DNA of 64,000 nucleotides from Burkholderiales bacterium. GTDB taxonomy: Bacteria; Pseudomonadota; Gammaproteobacteria; Burkholderiales; Thiobacillaceae. A model generated the notes under the pieces. That model worked only from the letters and a program-made list of their open reading frames with translations, did not search any database and was not told where the DNA came from. The position numbers and the translations under genes were made by a program. Position 1 is the first letter of the stretch. Each line of letters begins with the position of its first letter. Positions 40,230 to 49,049 of this stretch are shown here, piece after piece. The stretch is from contig JBBQQT010000001.1 of assembly GCA_038215555.1 (NCBI GenBank), positions 1,843 to 65,842 of the forward strand, in the 5' to 3' direction.

Positions 40230-41738
40230 ATGATCAAGAAATTCCACGCTCAAACGACCCGCGATGCTTTGCGTCAGGTGCGTGATGCGCTCGGCGCCAG
40301 CGCCTTGATCCTGTCCAACCGACAGGTCGCGGGTGGCGTCGAGATCATTGCCGTGGCGGATATGGACATGGCCGCGCTGGCCGCGCAGGCCGAACCGGCA
40401 TTGTGGCGCACACCGCCAGCCGCACAGGCCGCCCAGCCGGCGCCACGTGCGGTGCAGGCGCCTTTGCCGATTCAGACGCCTTTTCCAGTTCACATTTCAG
40501 CCCACACTCCAGCCCCGGTCGCGTCATCCAGTCTGTCGCTTGATGAAGTCAAGCCGCAACTGGCTACGTTGGCCGACTATCTGGCCGAGCGCGACGTCTC
40601 GACGCTGATTCGCCCCTCCCCGAATCGGCATGCCGCAGCAACCGCCACTCCGGTGCAAACGCAGGCGGATAGGCCAATTGCTGAAAAAAATGGGGCTGTT
40701 CCGGGTGGTCACGCATCATCCAAACCCCATGCCGGCAACGATGCGGTGGATGAATTGGCGCGTGAAATGCGCCTGCTGCGCGGCATGGTGGAAGGTCAAC
40801 TTGCCGGCTTTGCCTGGCATGATCTGACCCGGCGCGACCCAGTGCGGGTGGAAGCAATGAAACGCTTGCTGGCCGCTGGTTTTTCCGCCGCTTTCGCGCG
40901 CATGTTGCTGGAACGTTTGCCGGAAGATGAGGCGGATCTGGCGCAGGCGTTGAAATGGATCAAATCCACCATCGCGCACAATCTGAAACTCGCCACCAGC
41001 GCCGACGACATCATCGAGCGCGGCGGTGTCTATGCGCTGGTCGGACCGACTGGCGTTGGCAAGACCACTACCGTCGCCAAATTGGCCGCGCGCGCGGTGC
41101 TGCGCCACGGCGCGGCCAAGGTGGCGCTGGTCACCACCGATACTTACCGGATTGGTGCCCAGGATCAACTGCGCATCTATGGCCGCATCCTGGGCACGCC
41201 GGTGTTCGCCGTGCGCGATGAAAATGATCTGGAAATGACTTTGTCAGACTTGGCGGGTCGGCATCTGGTCTTTATTGATACCGTTGGCATGAGCCAGCGC
41301 GACAAGCGGTTGGCCGAGCAGGTTGCGCTGCTTTGCGGCGAGCAGCGCGATGTCAAACGGCTGTTGCTGCTCGGTGCGCCGAGTCAGGGTTTGACGTTGG
41401 AAGAAGTGGCGCGGGCTTACAGCGGCCCGGGGCTGATCGGCTGCATTCTGACCAAGATCGACGAAGCGCTGACCTATGGCCCGGTGCTGGATGTCGCGAT
41501 ACGGCATGAGTTGCCAGTGCATTTCGTCACCAATGGTCAGCGCGTGCCGGAAGATCTGCATCTGGCGAACGCGGTTTATCTGGCCGATCGCGCTTTCCGG
41601 ATCAATCAGCCTGAATCGCCGTTTACCCAGGACGATAACGATTACCCGGTTCTGCTGGCGGCGGCGCTGGAATCCGCTTCGATCTCGGACAGGAAGGAAG
41701 ATGCCACAGGCAGAGGAGGCTGGGGTGCGTCTGGCTGA
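40230..41738 (+). CDS. flhF: Flagellar biosynthesis GTPase FlhF (SRP-type)
   Basis: LVGPTGVGKTTT, DTYRIGA and DTVGMSQRD G-motifs. Confidence 0.9.
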   Translation: MIKKFHAQTTRDALRQVRDALGASALILSNRQVAGGVEIIAVADMDMAALAAQAEPALWRTPPAAQAAQPAPRAVQAPLPIQTPFPVHISAHTPAPVASSSLSLDEVKPQLATLADYLAERDVSTLIRPSPNRHAAATATPVQTQADRPIAEKNGAVPGGHASSKPHAGNDAVDELAREMRLLRGMVEGQLAGFAWHDLTRRDPVRVEAMKRLLAAGFSAAFARMLLERLPEDEADLAQALKWIKSTIAHNLKLATSADDIIERGGVYALVGPTGVGKTTTVAKLAARAVLRHGAAKVALVTTDTYRIGAQDQLRIYGRILGTPVFAVRDENDLEMTLSDLAGRHLVFIDTVGMSQRDKRLAEQVALLCGEQRDVKRLLLLGAPSQGLTLEEVARAYSGPGLIGCILTKIDEALTYGPVLDVAIRHELPVHFVTNGQRVPEDLHLANAVYLADRAFRINQPESPFTQDDNDYPVLLAAALESASISDRKEDATGRGGWGASG

Positions 41739-42561
41739 ACCACTCGACCAGGCCAGCGGCTTGCGCCGCTTGTTTGCACCGGAACCGACGTTTCATGCGC
41801 TGGGCGTGATCGGGCCGGATTCGCGACTGACCGCCCGTGCTTGCACCGCACTCGCCCTCGGACTCGGGCGGCGCGGGCATCGGGTGATGGTAATGGATGA
41901 GACGCGGCCGCCGAACAACGTTGCCGCGCTGCTCGGCGTTCTACCCCGACATGGTCTGGCAGATGCGCCTGGTCGGGGCCTGGTTTCCGTCCTCCGACAG
42001 GCGAACGATGGCCTGGTCTTGTTGGCGGCGCAGAATGGCTTGAATATTCTGGCCAGCTGGTCCGAGCATCAATTGCTCGACATGACCGATGATTGGCGTG
42101 CACGCGCTGATGCGCCGGAATGGTTCTTGCTGAATGGCGGCGATGGTGTCTTGCGTCATTACAGCCTCGCCACCACGGCGAATTTGCGCGTCCTGGTATT
42201 GCCCGGCAAACGGGCTTCTCTGGCCGATGCCTATGCCGCGATGAAAGCCGCGCATGCGGCCTGGGCGGGCAAGCATTGGCTGGTTCTGGTGGTCGGCGCA
42301 GAGGCTGGACAGGCACTCAGCCTGTTCACCGCGCTAAGTGAAACGGCGCAACGTTTTCTTGGCCTGACGCCGGTGTTTCTCGGTTGTATTGCGAGCGATC
42401 TGCCGGGCGAACAGCCTGGTCCGCTGGAAGCGGTGCTGGTTGATCTATTGAGTGATGCGGGGGGGCGTCAGGTTGAAGCGGACAGGATCAATTTTGAACA
42501 GTATTGGCAACGTATGTGGCTATATAGCCGTTTGGCCGCCGAAGCGGCCGGCAAGAGGTGA
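41701..42561 (+). CDS. FlhG/FleN (MinD/ParA-fold) homologue lacking the deviant Walker A motif
   Basis: The gene sits in the flhF-x-fliA position. It aligns with FleN (LALGLGRRGHRVMVMD, SLADAYAAMK), but GGKGGVGKT is replaced by GPDSRLTAR. An alternative GTG start lies at 41725. Confidence 0.6.
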   Translation: MPQAEEAGVRLAEPLDQASGLRRLFAPEPTFHALGVIGPDSRLTARACTALALGLGRRGHRVMVMDETRPPNNVAALLGVLPRHGLADAPGRGLVSVLRQANDGLVLLAAQNGLNILASWSEHQLLDMTDDWRARADAPEWFLLNGGDGVLRHYSLATTANLRVLVLPGKRASLADAYAAMKAAHAAWAGKHWLVLVVGAEAGQALSLFTALSETAQRFLGLTPVFLGCIASDLPGEQPGPLEAVLVDLLSDAGGRQVEADRINFEQYWQRMWLYSRLAAEAAGKR

Positions 42562-42567
42562 GCGAGC

Positions 42568-43293
42568 ATGAACGCCGCAGCGCAGGTGATTGATAAAGAC
42601 GCCCTGGTCAGGACGCACCTTCCCATGGTCAAGCGGATTGCTTACCACATGATGACCCGCCTGCCCGCATGCGTCGAAGTCGATGATCTGGTGCAAGCCG
42701 GGCTGATCGGCCTGCTCGATGCCGTCGATCGCTTCGATTGCGAGCAAGGCGCACATTTCGAGACCTATGCCACCCAGCGCGTGCGTGGCGCAATGCTGGA
42801 TGAATTACGCGATGCGGATTGGGCGACGCGCAATGTACGGCGCGCTGGTCGGCAGATTGAAAACACCATCAATATCTTGCAGCAACGTCACCACCGGCCG
42901 CCTTCCGAGCAGGAAATCGCCGCCGAGATGGGCCTCGATATCCAGACCTACTTCGAATTGTTGAATGATGCCCGTGGCGCGCAACTCGTTTACTTCGAAG
43001 ATTTGCACAGCAGTGATGGCGATGATTTCCTTGAACGCTTTGCCGATGGCCAGAATCAGGCGCCGTTCGACATTCTGGCTTCACGCCATTTCAAGGGCGC
43101 GCTGAGCAACGCAGTCGGCGTGCTGCCGGAGCGGGAAAAGCAGCTCATGGGCATGTATTACGAGCAGGACATGAATTTCAAGGAGATTGGCGTCGTCCTC
43201 GGCGTCTCCGAATCTCGTGTCTGCCAACTGCATGGTCAGGCCATCTCCCGCCTGCGCGGGCGGCTGCGTGACTGGTCGTCGAATCCGGAATAA
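42568..43293 (+). CDS. fliA: Flagellar sigma factor FliA (sigma-28)
   Basis: Region 2 (DDLVQAGLIGLLDAVDRFD, FETYATQRVRGAMLDELR) and region 4 (FKEIGVVLGVSESRVCQLH). Confidence 0.9.
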   Translation: MNAAAQVIDKDALVRTHLPMVKRIAYHMMTRLPACVEVDDLVQAGLIGLLDAVDRFDCEQGAHFETYATQRVRGAMLDELRDADWATRNVRRAGRQIENTINILQQRHHRPPSEQEIAAEMGLDIQTYFELLNDARGAQLVYFEDLHSSDGDDFLERFADGQNQAPFDILASRHFKGALSNAVGVLPEREKQLMGMYYEQDMNFKEIGVVLGVSESRVCQLHGQAISRLRGRLRDWSSNPE

Positions 43294-43322
43294 GAACCGG
43301 AAAAGGAATAGGTCCGCTGACT

Positions 43323-44063
43323 ATGGACATCCTCAGTATTGTTGGCATCGGCCTCGGGTTTACTGCCATTCTGCTCGGCCAGTTCCTCGAGGGCGGGCAC
43401 ATCAGTTCGTTGCTCCAGTTCACCGCCTTCATGATCGTCATTGGCGGCACGCTGGGCGCGGTCATGTTGCAAACCAGCCTGAAAGTGTTTCTCGATGGCC
43501 TCAACATGCTGAAGTGGGTGGTGCAGCCGCCGCGCATTGCGAGTCAGGAAACCTTGAATATGCTGATCGAATGGAGCCAGAAGGCCCGCCGTGGTGGTCT
43601 GCTGGCGTTGGAGCCATTCATCGAACAGCAGCAGGATCTGTTCCATAGGCGTGGTTTGCAGATGCTGGTCGACGGCGCCGAGCCGGAGGTGTTGCGGGAG
43701 ACACTGGAACTCGATCTGCAGAGTTATGAACAACATCATATTGATGCCGCCAAGGTCTGGCAGACGGCCGGCGGCTATTCGCCGACCATCGGTATTCTCG
43801 GCGCGGTGATGGGTCTGATCCATGTCATGGAGAACCTGTCCGACCCATCGAAACTGGGTTCCGGCATCGCGGTGGCCTTTGTCGCGACGATCTATGGCGT
43901 TGGCGGCGCCAACCTGTTTTTCCTGCCGGTTGCCGGCAAATTGCGTTACTGGGTCGGGCGCCAGGTGAGCAACAAGGAATTATTCATCCAAGGCATCGTC
44001 GCCATCGCGAATGGCGAAAATCCACGCGTGATCGAGGCGAAGCTGCAGGGCTATCTGTCCTGA
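43323..44063 (+). CDS. motA: Flagellar stator protein MotA family (MotC/PomA-like)
   Basis: 246 aa with four TM helices and the conserved C-terminal ...GVAFVATIYGVGGANLFFLP. Confidence 0.9.
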   Translation: MDILSIVGIGLGFTAILLGQFLEGGHISSLLQFTAFMIVIGGTLGAVMLQTSLKVFLDGLNMLKWVVQPPRIASQETLNMLIEWSQKARRGGLLALEPFIEQQQDLFHRRGLQMLVDGAEPEVLRETLELDLQSYEQHHIDAAKVWQTAGGYSPTIGILGAVMGLIHVMENLSDPSKLGSGIAVAFVATIYGVGGANLFFLPVAGKLRYWVGRQVSNKELFIQGIVAIANGENPRVIEAKLQGYLS

Positions 44064-44078
44064 TGCCGGATTGTTGAC

Positions 44079-44909
44079 ATGGCGCGCAAGAAAATCCGCG
44101 AAGAGCATGAAAACCTGGAACGCTGGCTGGTTTCCTACGCCGATTTCATTACGCTGCTGTTTGCTTTTTTTGTGGTGATGTATTCCATCTCGTCGGTCAA
44201 CGAGGGGAAATATCGGGTGATGTCAGATGCCCTGGTCAGCGCCTTCAAAGAACCGCCGACTACGAAAAAGCTGATCGAGATGCAGACCAAGCATCCCGAA
44301 ATGATGACTGGTACCGGGCAGCCAATCGGCAAGAGCGTGCAGCAGTCGGGCGTTGCGGCGGATCGCGCCAAAGCGGCCGAGAGCATGAAAAAAGTCGCCA
44401 AGAATGTGTTGCAAGCGATGCAGCCTTTGATCCAGAACGGCAAGGTGCGGGTTACCCAATCGCCGCGCGGAATCACCGTCGAAATCAACGCCAGCGTCCT
44501 GTTCAAGAGTGGCGAGGCGGTGTTGCAACCGCAATCGACGGAAGCGCTGGCCGCGGTGGCGCAGGTGCTGGGCCAGGTCGACAATCCGATCCAGGTTGAA
44601 GGTCACACCGACAATATTCCGATCAGCAGCCCGAATTTTCCTTCCAACTGGGAACTATCATCCTCGCGCGCTGGCAGCGTGGTGCGCCTGTTCACCGAGC
44701 GCGGCGTTCCTGCTGCGCGCATGGTGGCGATTGGTTACGCCGATAACCGACCGGTGGATACCAATGCCACACCTGACGGCCGCAGCCGGAATCGGCGGGT
44801 GAATGTGTTGATCCTGAACGAGGTGGGCGGTGTGGCGAGTGAAATCGCCCTGCAGGATGATGGCTTGATTACTCAGACCACCGGTCAATCCGGCGCACCG
44901 ATCAGGTGA
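44079..44909 (+). CDS. motB: Flagellar stator protein MotB family (MotD-like; OmpA-like C-terminus)
   Basis: WLVSYADFITLLFAFFVVMYS (plug/TM with Asp) and the peptidoglycan-binding C-terminus (NWELSSSRA, RNRRV). Confidence 0.9.
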   Translation: MARKKIREEHENLERWLVSYADFITLLFAFFVVMYSISSVNEGKYRVMSDALVSAFKEPPTTKKLIEMQTKHPEMMTGTGQPIGKSVQQSGVAADRAKAAESMKKVAKNVLQAMQPLIQNGKVRVTQSPRGITVEINASVLFKSGEAVLQPQSTEALAAVAQVLGQVDNPIQVEGHTDNIPISSPNFPSNWELSSSRAGSVVRLFTERGVPAARMVAIGYADNRPVDTNATPDGRSRNRRVNVLILNEVGGVASEIALQDDGLITQTTGQSGAPIR

Positions 44910-46489
44910 GTGGCGGGGGGGGGGTCGGTGACTTTTCCGAGAGAATGCATCTGGAAGCGAAACAGTTCAATGCTGGGTGTCGCTTCGATGCGCTTTTCAA
45001 TCTGAACCAACTGGGCCCCTTGCGGGGTGTTGATCTCCGCCGGGATGTCGGGGGCAAAGCAGCCCGGCTGTGACAGTAGCATCGGCAACTGCTTGGTATT
45101 CGGGCTTGGCTGCAATAACAGGCTCGACCATTGGCGTCCGTTGTCCTTGCGGCGCACATGCACGGCCAATGCCTGAGGCGCCAGTAGTTGCACGCCAAAA
45201 CACATTTCGCCCTGGCTCGGGATACGGAACCAGCGAACCAGGCCAATGCTCCATTCGGTTTTGTTCTGGCGTACGCTGACCACATCACCCACCCGGATCT
45301 GGATCGTTGCGTTGCCGGCTTTGATCAACGCCAAGCCGCCCAAGCTGGCATTCATGGTCTTGCAACGAAGGATGGTGGGCGGCGACTCGTTGACGCCTAT
45401 TCCATAATGAATCGTATCTTCTGTTGCGGCTGGTGAGATCAGTTGAAGCACCGACTTGAGGCCAAAGCTGACTTCGAAATCATGCGTATTGGCTTGCTTG
45501 CGGCGCAGCGATTGTCGTTGCAGTGAAGCGCCCCAATTCAATTTGAGGCGACGCAACATGGTCGGATAAGCCGGATCCTGGGCGACATCGGGCAAGCCGA
45601 TTCGGTCGGCGGCTTCCTTGTTTTTCAGGTGCGTCGAGATCAGGGCCAGATGCTTCGCCAGTTCGGTGGTGTTGAGCAACAAATCCCAGCGTGGGTTGGT
45701 CGGATGTCCGTCGCGGGTGATCGGCGTTGGCGGACCATCGGTATACACCTCGACGATGAACAAGCCGGAATGGCTTTTGACCGATTCTTCTGCCGGGTTG
45801 ATTGTCGCCAGATTGCCAAAGCGGGTGATGATGTCCTTCGCCCAGGGCAACTCCGCTTGTGGGAAGCGATAGGGATCGGCCAGTGCAAGCAGCAATGTGG
45901 CCTTGTAAATCTGTTCGATTGAAAGCATTTTTGCGCCGCTTTCGGGGATCGATTCCCGCATCCCGTTGCGCAGCGCGTAATTGTAGGTCTGGTGCAAATC
46001 GATCCAAACCCCTTCCGAGACGGGGTCATGGGTTTCAAAACTGATTTCCAGGATGGCCTGCAAGGCCAGCAGAATGCGTTGCAGATACAGCGGTACCGGA
46101 TTGCCGCCGAACAGATGAAAGCGACGTTTCAACCAGTCCAGCAACAGCGTTTTGTAATTGTCCGCAAGCTCGCGCAGCAAGCGTCTGGCCAGATCGGCAT
46201 TGCGTTGCTGCTTGGGTAGCAACGGCAACGGTATCGAGTCGTAATGCTGATAGAGCGAAGCGACAATGTCTTCAACGACGGGAGTCATCCGTTCGATGAT
46301 CTTGGCGCGGGTATCCTGCGCCACATCAATCTGGTTCAGCGTGGCCAGATAGTCGGCCATGATGTTTGCTGCCTCGGTCGGGTTGGAGAGCGGCAAGCGC
46401 GTCAGCCAAGCCTCAACTTGCTTGGGTTTCGTCTCCAAGTTTATATTTCGACCCGGCTCGCGGATGGGCAGTACGTATCTGGGTAGCAT
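44885..46489 (-). CDS. PilZ-domain protein (large N-terminal domain of unknown function plus a C-terminal c-di-GMP-binding-type domain)
   Basis: RQSLRR (RxxxR) and NASLGG (D/NxSxxG) motifs precede a beta-barrel-like C-terminus. The gene is convergent with motB and overlaps it by 25 nt. Confidence 0.6.
   Translation of the reverse strand: MLPRYVLPIREPGRNINLETKPKQVEAWLTRLPLSNPTEAANIMADYLATLNQIDVAQDTRAKIIERMTPVVEDIVASLYQHYDSIPLPLLPKQQRNADLARRLLRELADNYKTLLLDWLKRRFHLFGGNPVPLYLQRILLALQAILEISFETHDPVSEGVWIDLHQTYNYALRNGMRESIPESGAKMLSIEQIYKATLLLALADPYRFPQAELPWAKDIITRFGNLATINPAEESVKSHSGLFIVEVYTDGPPTPITRDGHPTNPRWDLLLNTTELAKHLALISTHLKNKEAADRIGLPDVAQDPAYPTMLRRLKLNWGASLQRQSLRRKQANTHDFEVSFGLKSVLQLISPAATEDTIHYGIGVNESPPTILRCKTMNASLGGLALIKAGNATIQIRVGDVVSVRQNKTEWSIGLVRWFRIPSQGEMCFGVQLLAPQALAVHVRRKDNGRQWSSLLLQPSPNTKQLPMLLSQPGCFAPDIPAEINTPQGAQLVQIEKRIEATPSIELFRFQMHSLGKVTDPPPATHLIGAPD
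44915..44924. repeat. Homopolymeric G10 (C10 on the coding strand of the PilZ gene)
   Basis: Read directly. It lies 5 nt after the motB stop and encodes DPPPA near the C-terminus of the convergent gene. Confidence 0.9.
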
Positions 46490-46620
46490 TGGTTGACTTG
46501 ACTCCTCGGGTTTGCATTCTACCCGTCACGAAATTGGCAGCAAAAGGCTTTTCGACTGACTGTCTGGCCCAGCCTGTTGATGTCCTGTGCAGGGCTCATT
46601 TCTGCAGGCCCGATGGAGTC

Positions 46621-46653
46621 CGAACTGGCAACGAACTGGCAACGAACTGGCAA
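46621..46653 (+). repeat. Tandem 11-bp x 3 direct repeat (CGAACTGGCAA), followed by three 11-bp-spaced TTGCAAAAC-like boxes (to ~46700)
   Basis: Read directly in the 266-bp divergent spacer between the PilZ gene and the TlpA-like gene. Confidence 0.9.
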
Positions 46654-46755
46654 TATTCCGCGCTGAATTTGCAAAACAATTCGCAAAACTTTGCACAATG
46701 AATGAACTCCCTTGCGCCAAGGGACTCACAAATTTCCATTGAAAAGAGACTTGAC

Positions 46756-47205
46756 ATGATCCGACGCGCTACTTTCTTGATTTTTCTCGCCCTGGCCAGC
46801 CTGTCTGCACAGGCCTTCACGTTGGTAGACAGCAAAGGTAAAGCGCATTCACTTGCGCAATATAAAGGCAAGTGGGTTCTGGTCAATTTCTGGGCAACCT
46901 GGTGTCCGCCCTGTCTGGAAGAAATCCCCGATCTTGTCGCGCTGCATGAAAACAAGAAAAACAATCTGGTTGTTCTCGGTGTGGCGATGGACTATCGCGA
47001 TGCCAAAACCGTGTTGCAGTTTTCGGATCAGATGATGGTGTCCTACCCGATCATTCTGGGCGACCAGAAGTCGGCGGCTCAGGTGGGGACCATCCCGGGC
47101 TTGCCTACCACCTATCTCTACAACCCGCAGGGCAAGGTTGTCGCCTACAACGTCGGGGTCATCACGCGCGAAGCGGTTGAGCGCTACATCCACGGCAAAA
47201 AATAA
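46756..47205 (+). CDS. TlpA/ResA-family periplasmic thiol:disulfide oxidoreductase
   Basis: Signal peptide and the WVLVNFWATWCPPCLEEIP motif. Confidence 0.8.
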   Translation: MIRRATFLIFLALASLSAQAFTLVDSKGKAHSLAQYKGKWVLVNFWATWCPPCLEEIPDLVALHENKKNNLVVLGVAMDYRDAKTVLQFSDQMMVSYPIILGDQKSAAQVGTIPGLPTTYLYNPQGKVVAYNVGVITREAVERYIHGKK

Positions 47206-47211
47206 GGATTC

Positions 47212-47727
47212 ATGATGCGTTGGTTACTCCTTGTATTCGCTTTTCTGGCCTGGCCGGCACTGGCCGATGTGCGCGATCCGCATACGCATTTTTTCATGCA
47301 GAACATGGGGGATTTCAAGGAAGAACTGGCCACCGCGCAAGCTGAAGGCAAGCAAGGCGTGCTGGTCATGTTCGAAATGGACGACTGTCCGTTCTGCTCC
47401 CGCATGAAGGCGAACATACTGAATCAAACCGCGGTGCAGGATTACTACCGCAAACACTTTCTGATTTACCCGGTGAACGTCAAGGGTGATACCCCGATGC
47501 TCGATTTCAAAGGCAAAGACACCACAGAGAAGGCCTTTGCCCTCGATCAACGGGCGCGAGCGACGCCGGTTTTCGTCTTCTACGATCTGGAAGGTAACCC
47601 CATCACCCGCTTTACCGGCGCCATGCAGACCGCTGATGAATTCCTGCTGCTGGGTCGCTACGTGGTGGAGGGCGGCTACAAGGCCGCGCCATTCAATGTC
47701 TATAAGCGGCAGCAGAAAGCGCCATGA
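47212..47727 (+). CDS. Periplasmic thioredoxin-fold protein (CPFC active site; SoxW/thioredoxin_7-like)
   Basis: Signal peptide, then VLVMFEMDDCPFCSRMK...ATPVFVFYD. Confidence 0.7.
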   Translation: MMRWLLLVFAFLAWPALADVRDPHTHFFMQNMGDFKEELATAQAEGKQGVLVMFEMDDCPFCSRMKANILNQTAVQDYYRKHFLIYPVNVKGDTPMLDFKGKDTTEKAFALDQRARATPVFVFYDLEGNPITRFTGAMQTADEFLLLGRYVVEGGYKAAPFNVYKRQQKAP

Positions 47728-49049
47728 TTCGAGGGTTCTGGCGGGGCGGGTTGGGCCTGATGTTGGGTCTGTCGCTGGTGTTGATCGTAAGCGTGGCGCC
47801 GGCGTCAGCGGCGCGATTAACCCTTGAGACGGTATTGGCTCAGGCCGATGCCGCGCATCCGGAACTTGATTTGGCGCAGGCGCGCAGCGACCTGGCGCAA
47901 GCCGAGGCGACGCTGGCGCAAAGCCTGAATGATTTTCGCGTCAACCTCGATGCGTCGTTGCGAACCGGGCGCAACCCGATCTACAACGATCAATTTCAGC
48001 CAGACCATCAACTCCGCCTCAACGCACGCAAAACCTTGATCGACTCCGGTCGTCAGCAAGCCGGTTCACAGGCGGCTGATCAGGAACGTCAGGCGCGCGG
48101 TCTGCAATTGCTGGATGCGCGCGCGCAACGCCAGATTGGCCTGATGGCGCGCTACTTCGATGTGTTGCTGGCCGATATGCAGGATGCGGCGGAAACCGAA
48201 GCGCTCGCCGTCGCCTATGTCAATTGGGATAACGCCAAGGATCGCCAGGCGCTAGGCCAGCTTGCGGCATGGGAATTGGTCGAACTGGAGGCTCGCTTCC
48301 AGGATGTCTTGACGCGCCGCAACGAAGTGCGCCGCGGACTGCGCGAAAAGCGCATGGCGTTGGGCGCGGCGATGAATCTGCCGGGCATGGTGCTGGATGA
48401 TCTGGTCGACCCGAAACTGCCTGGCAACGAACGGCCGTTGCCCGGTTTCGATCAACTGCTGACGCGTGTGCTGGCAGAAAACCCACGTCTGATCGCGCAG
48501 AAGCAGCTGCTTGCAGCAGCCAGTCACCGTCTCGCCGGCGCCCGGGTGGAGAACCGGCCGAGTGTCGAATTCGAGGCCGAGGCTGCCGCCTGGCGTCGCG
48601 ATTCTTCGACGCGGGATGATCTTCGCGCTGGCTTCAATTTTTCCTGGCCGCTTTGGCAGGGTGGACGCGCCGATGCGCGAATCGGACGTGAACAGGCGCA
48701 TTTTCACGTATTGCAGGCGCAGCATGACCAGTTGCAGCAGGATTTGCGCCTCGCCCTGATCGCGGCCAGCGAGGAAATCCAGTACTTGCGCGACACGGCG
48801 CGTCGCAGCGCCGAGATGAATGCCAGTTATCGCGATCAGTATCTGGAAAAGGCGCGCGCGGAATATGAAATGGAACTGAAAACCAATTTGGGCAACAGCA
48901 TGGCGGAAACACAATTCGCGCAGATCAGGAAGCGCGCCATCGAATATCGCCTGGCGCTTGCCTGGGCGCGACTGGATGCTTTGCTGGGCGAGCGCCAACC
49001 CGGGTGGGTGCAGGTTGCCGCAACCCACTCAGTCGAGGAGAAAAAATGA
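47724..49049 (+). CDS. TolC-family outer-membrane channel protein
   Basis: Signal peptide, two OEP repeats (LTLETVLAQADAAHPELDLAQA...), 441 aa, and an ATGA overlap with the previous gene. Confidence 0.8.
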   Translation: MIRGFWRGGLGLMLGLSLVLIVSVAPASAARLTLETVLAQADAAHPELDLAQARSDLAQAEATLAQSLNDFRVNLDASLRTGRNPIYNDQFQPDHQLRLNARKTLIDSGRQQAGSQAADQERQARGLQLLDARAQRQIGLMARYFDVLLADMQDAAETEALAVAYVNWDNAKDRQALGQLAAWELVELEARFQDVLTRRNEVRRGLREKRMALGAAMNLPGMVLDDLVDPKLPGNERPLPGFDQLLTRVLAENPRLIAQKQLLAAASHRLAGARVENRPSVEFEAEAAAWRRDSSTRDDLRAGFNFSWPLWQGGRADARIGREQAHFHVLQAQHDQLQQDLRLALIAASEEIQYLRDTARRSAEMNASYRDQYLEKARAEYEMELKTNLGNSMAETQFAQIRKRAIEYRLALAWARLDALLGERQPGWVQVAATHSVEEKK

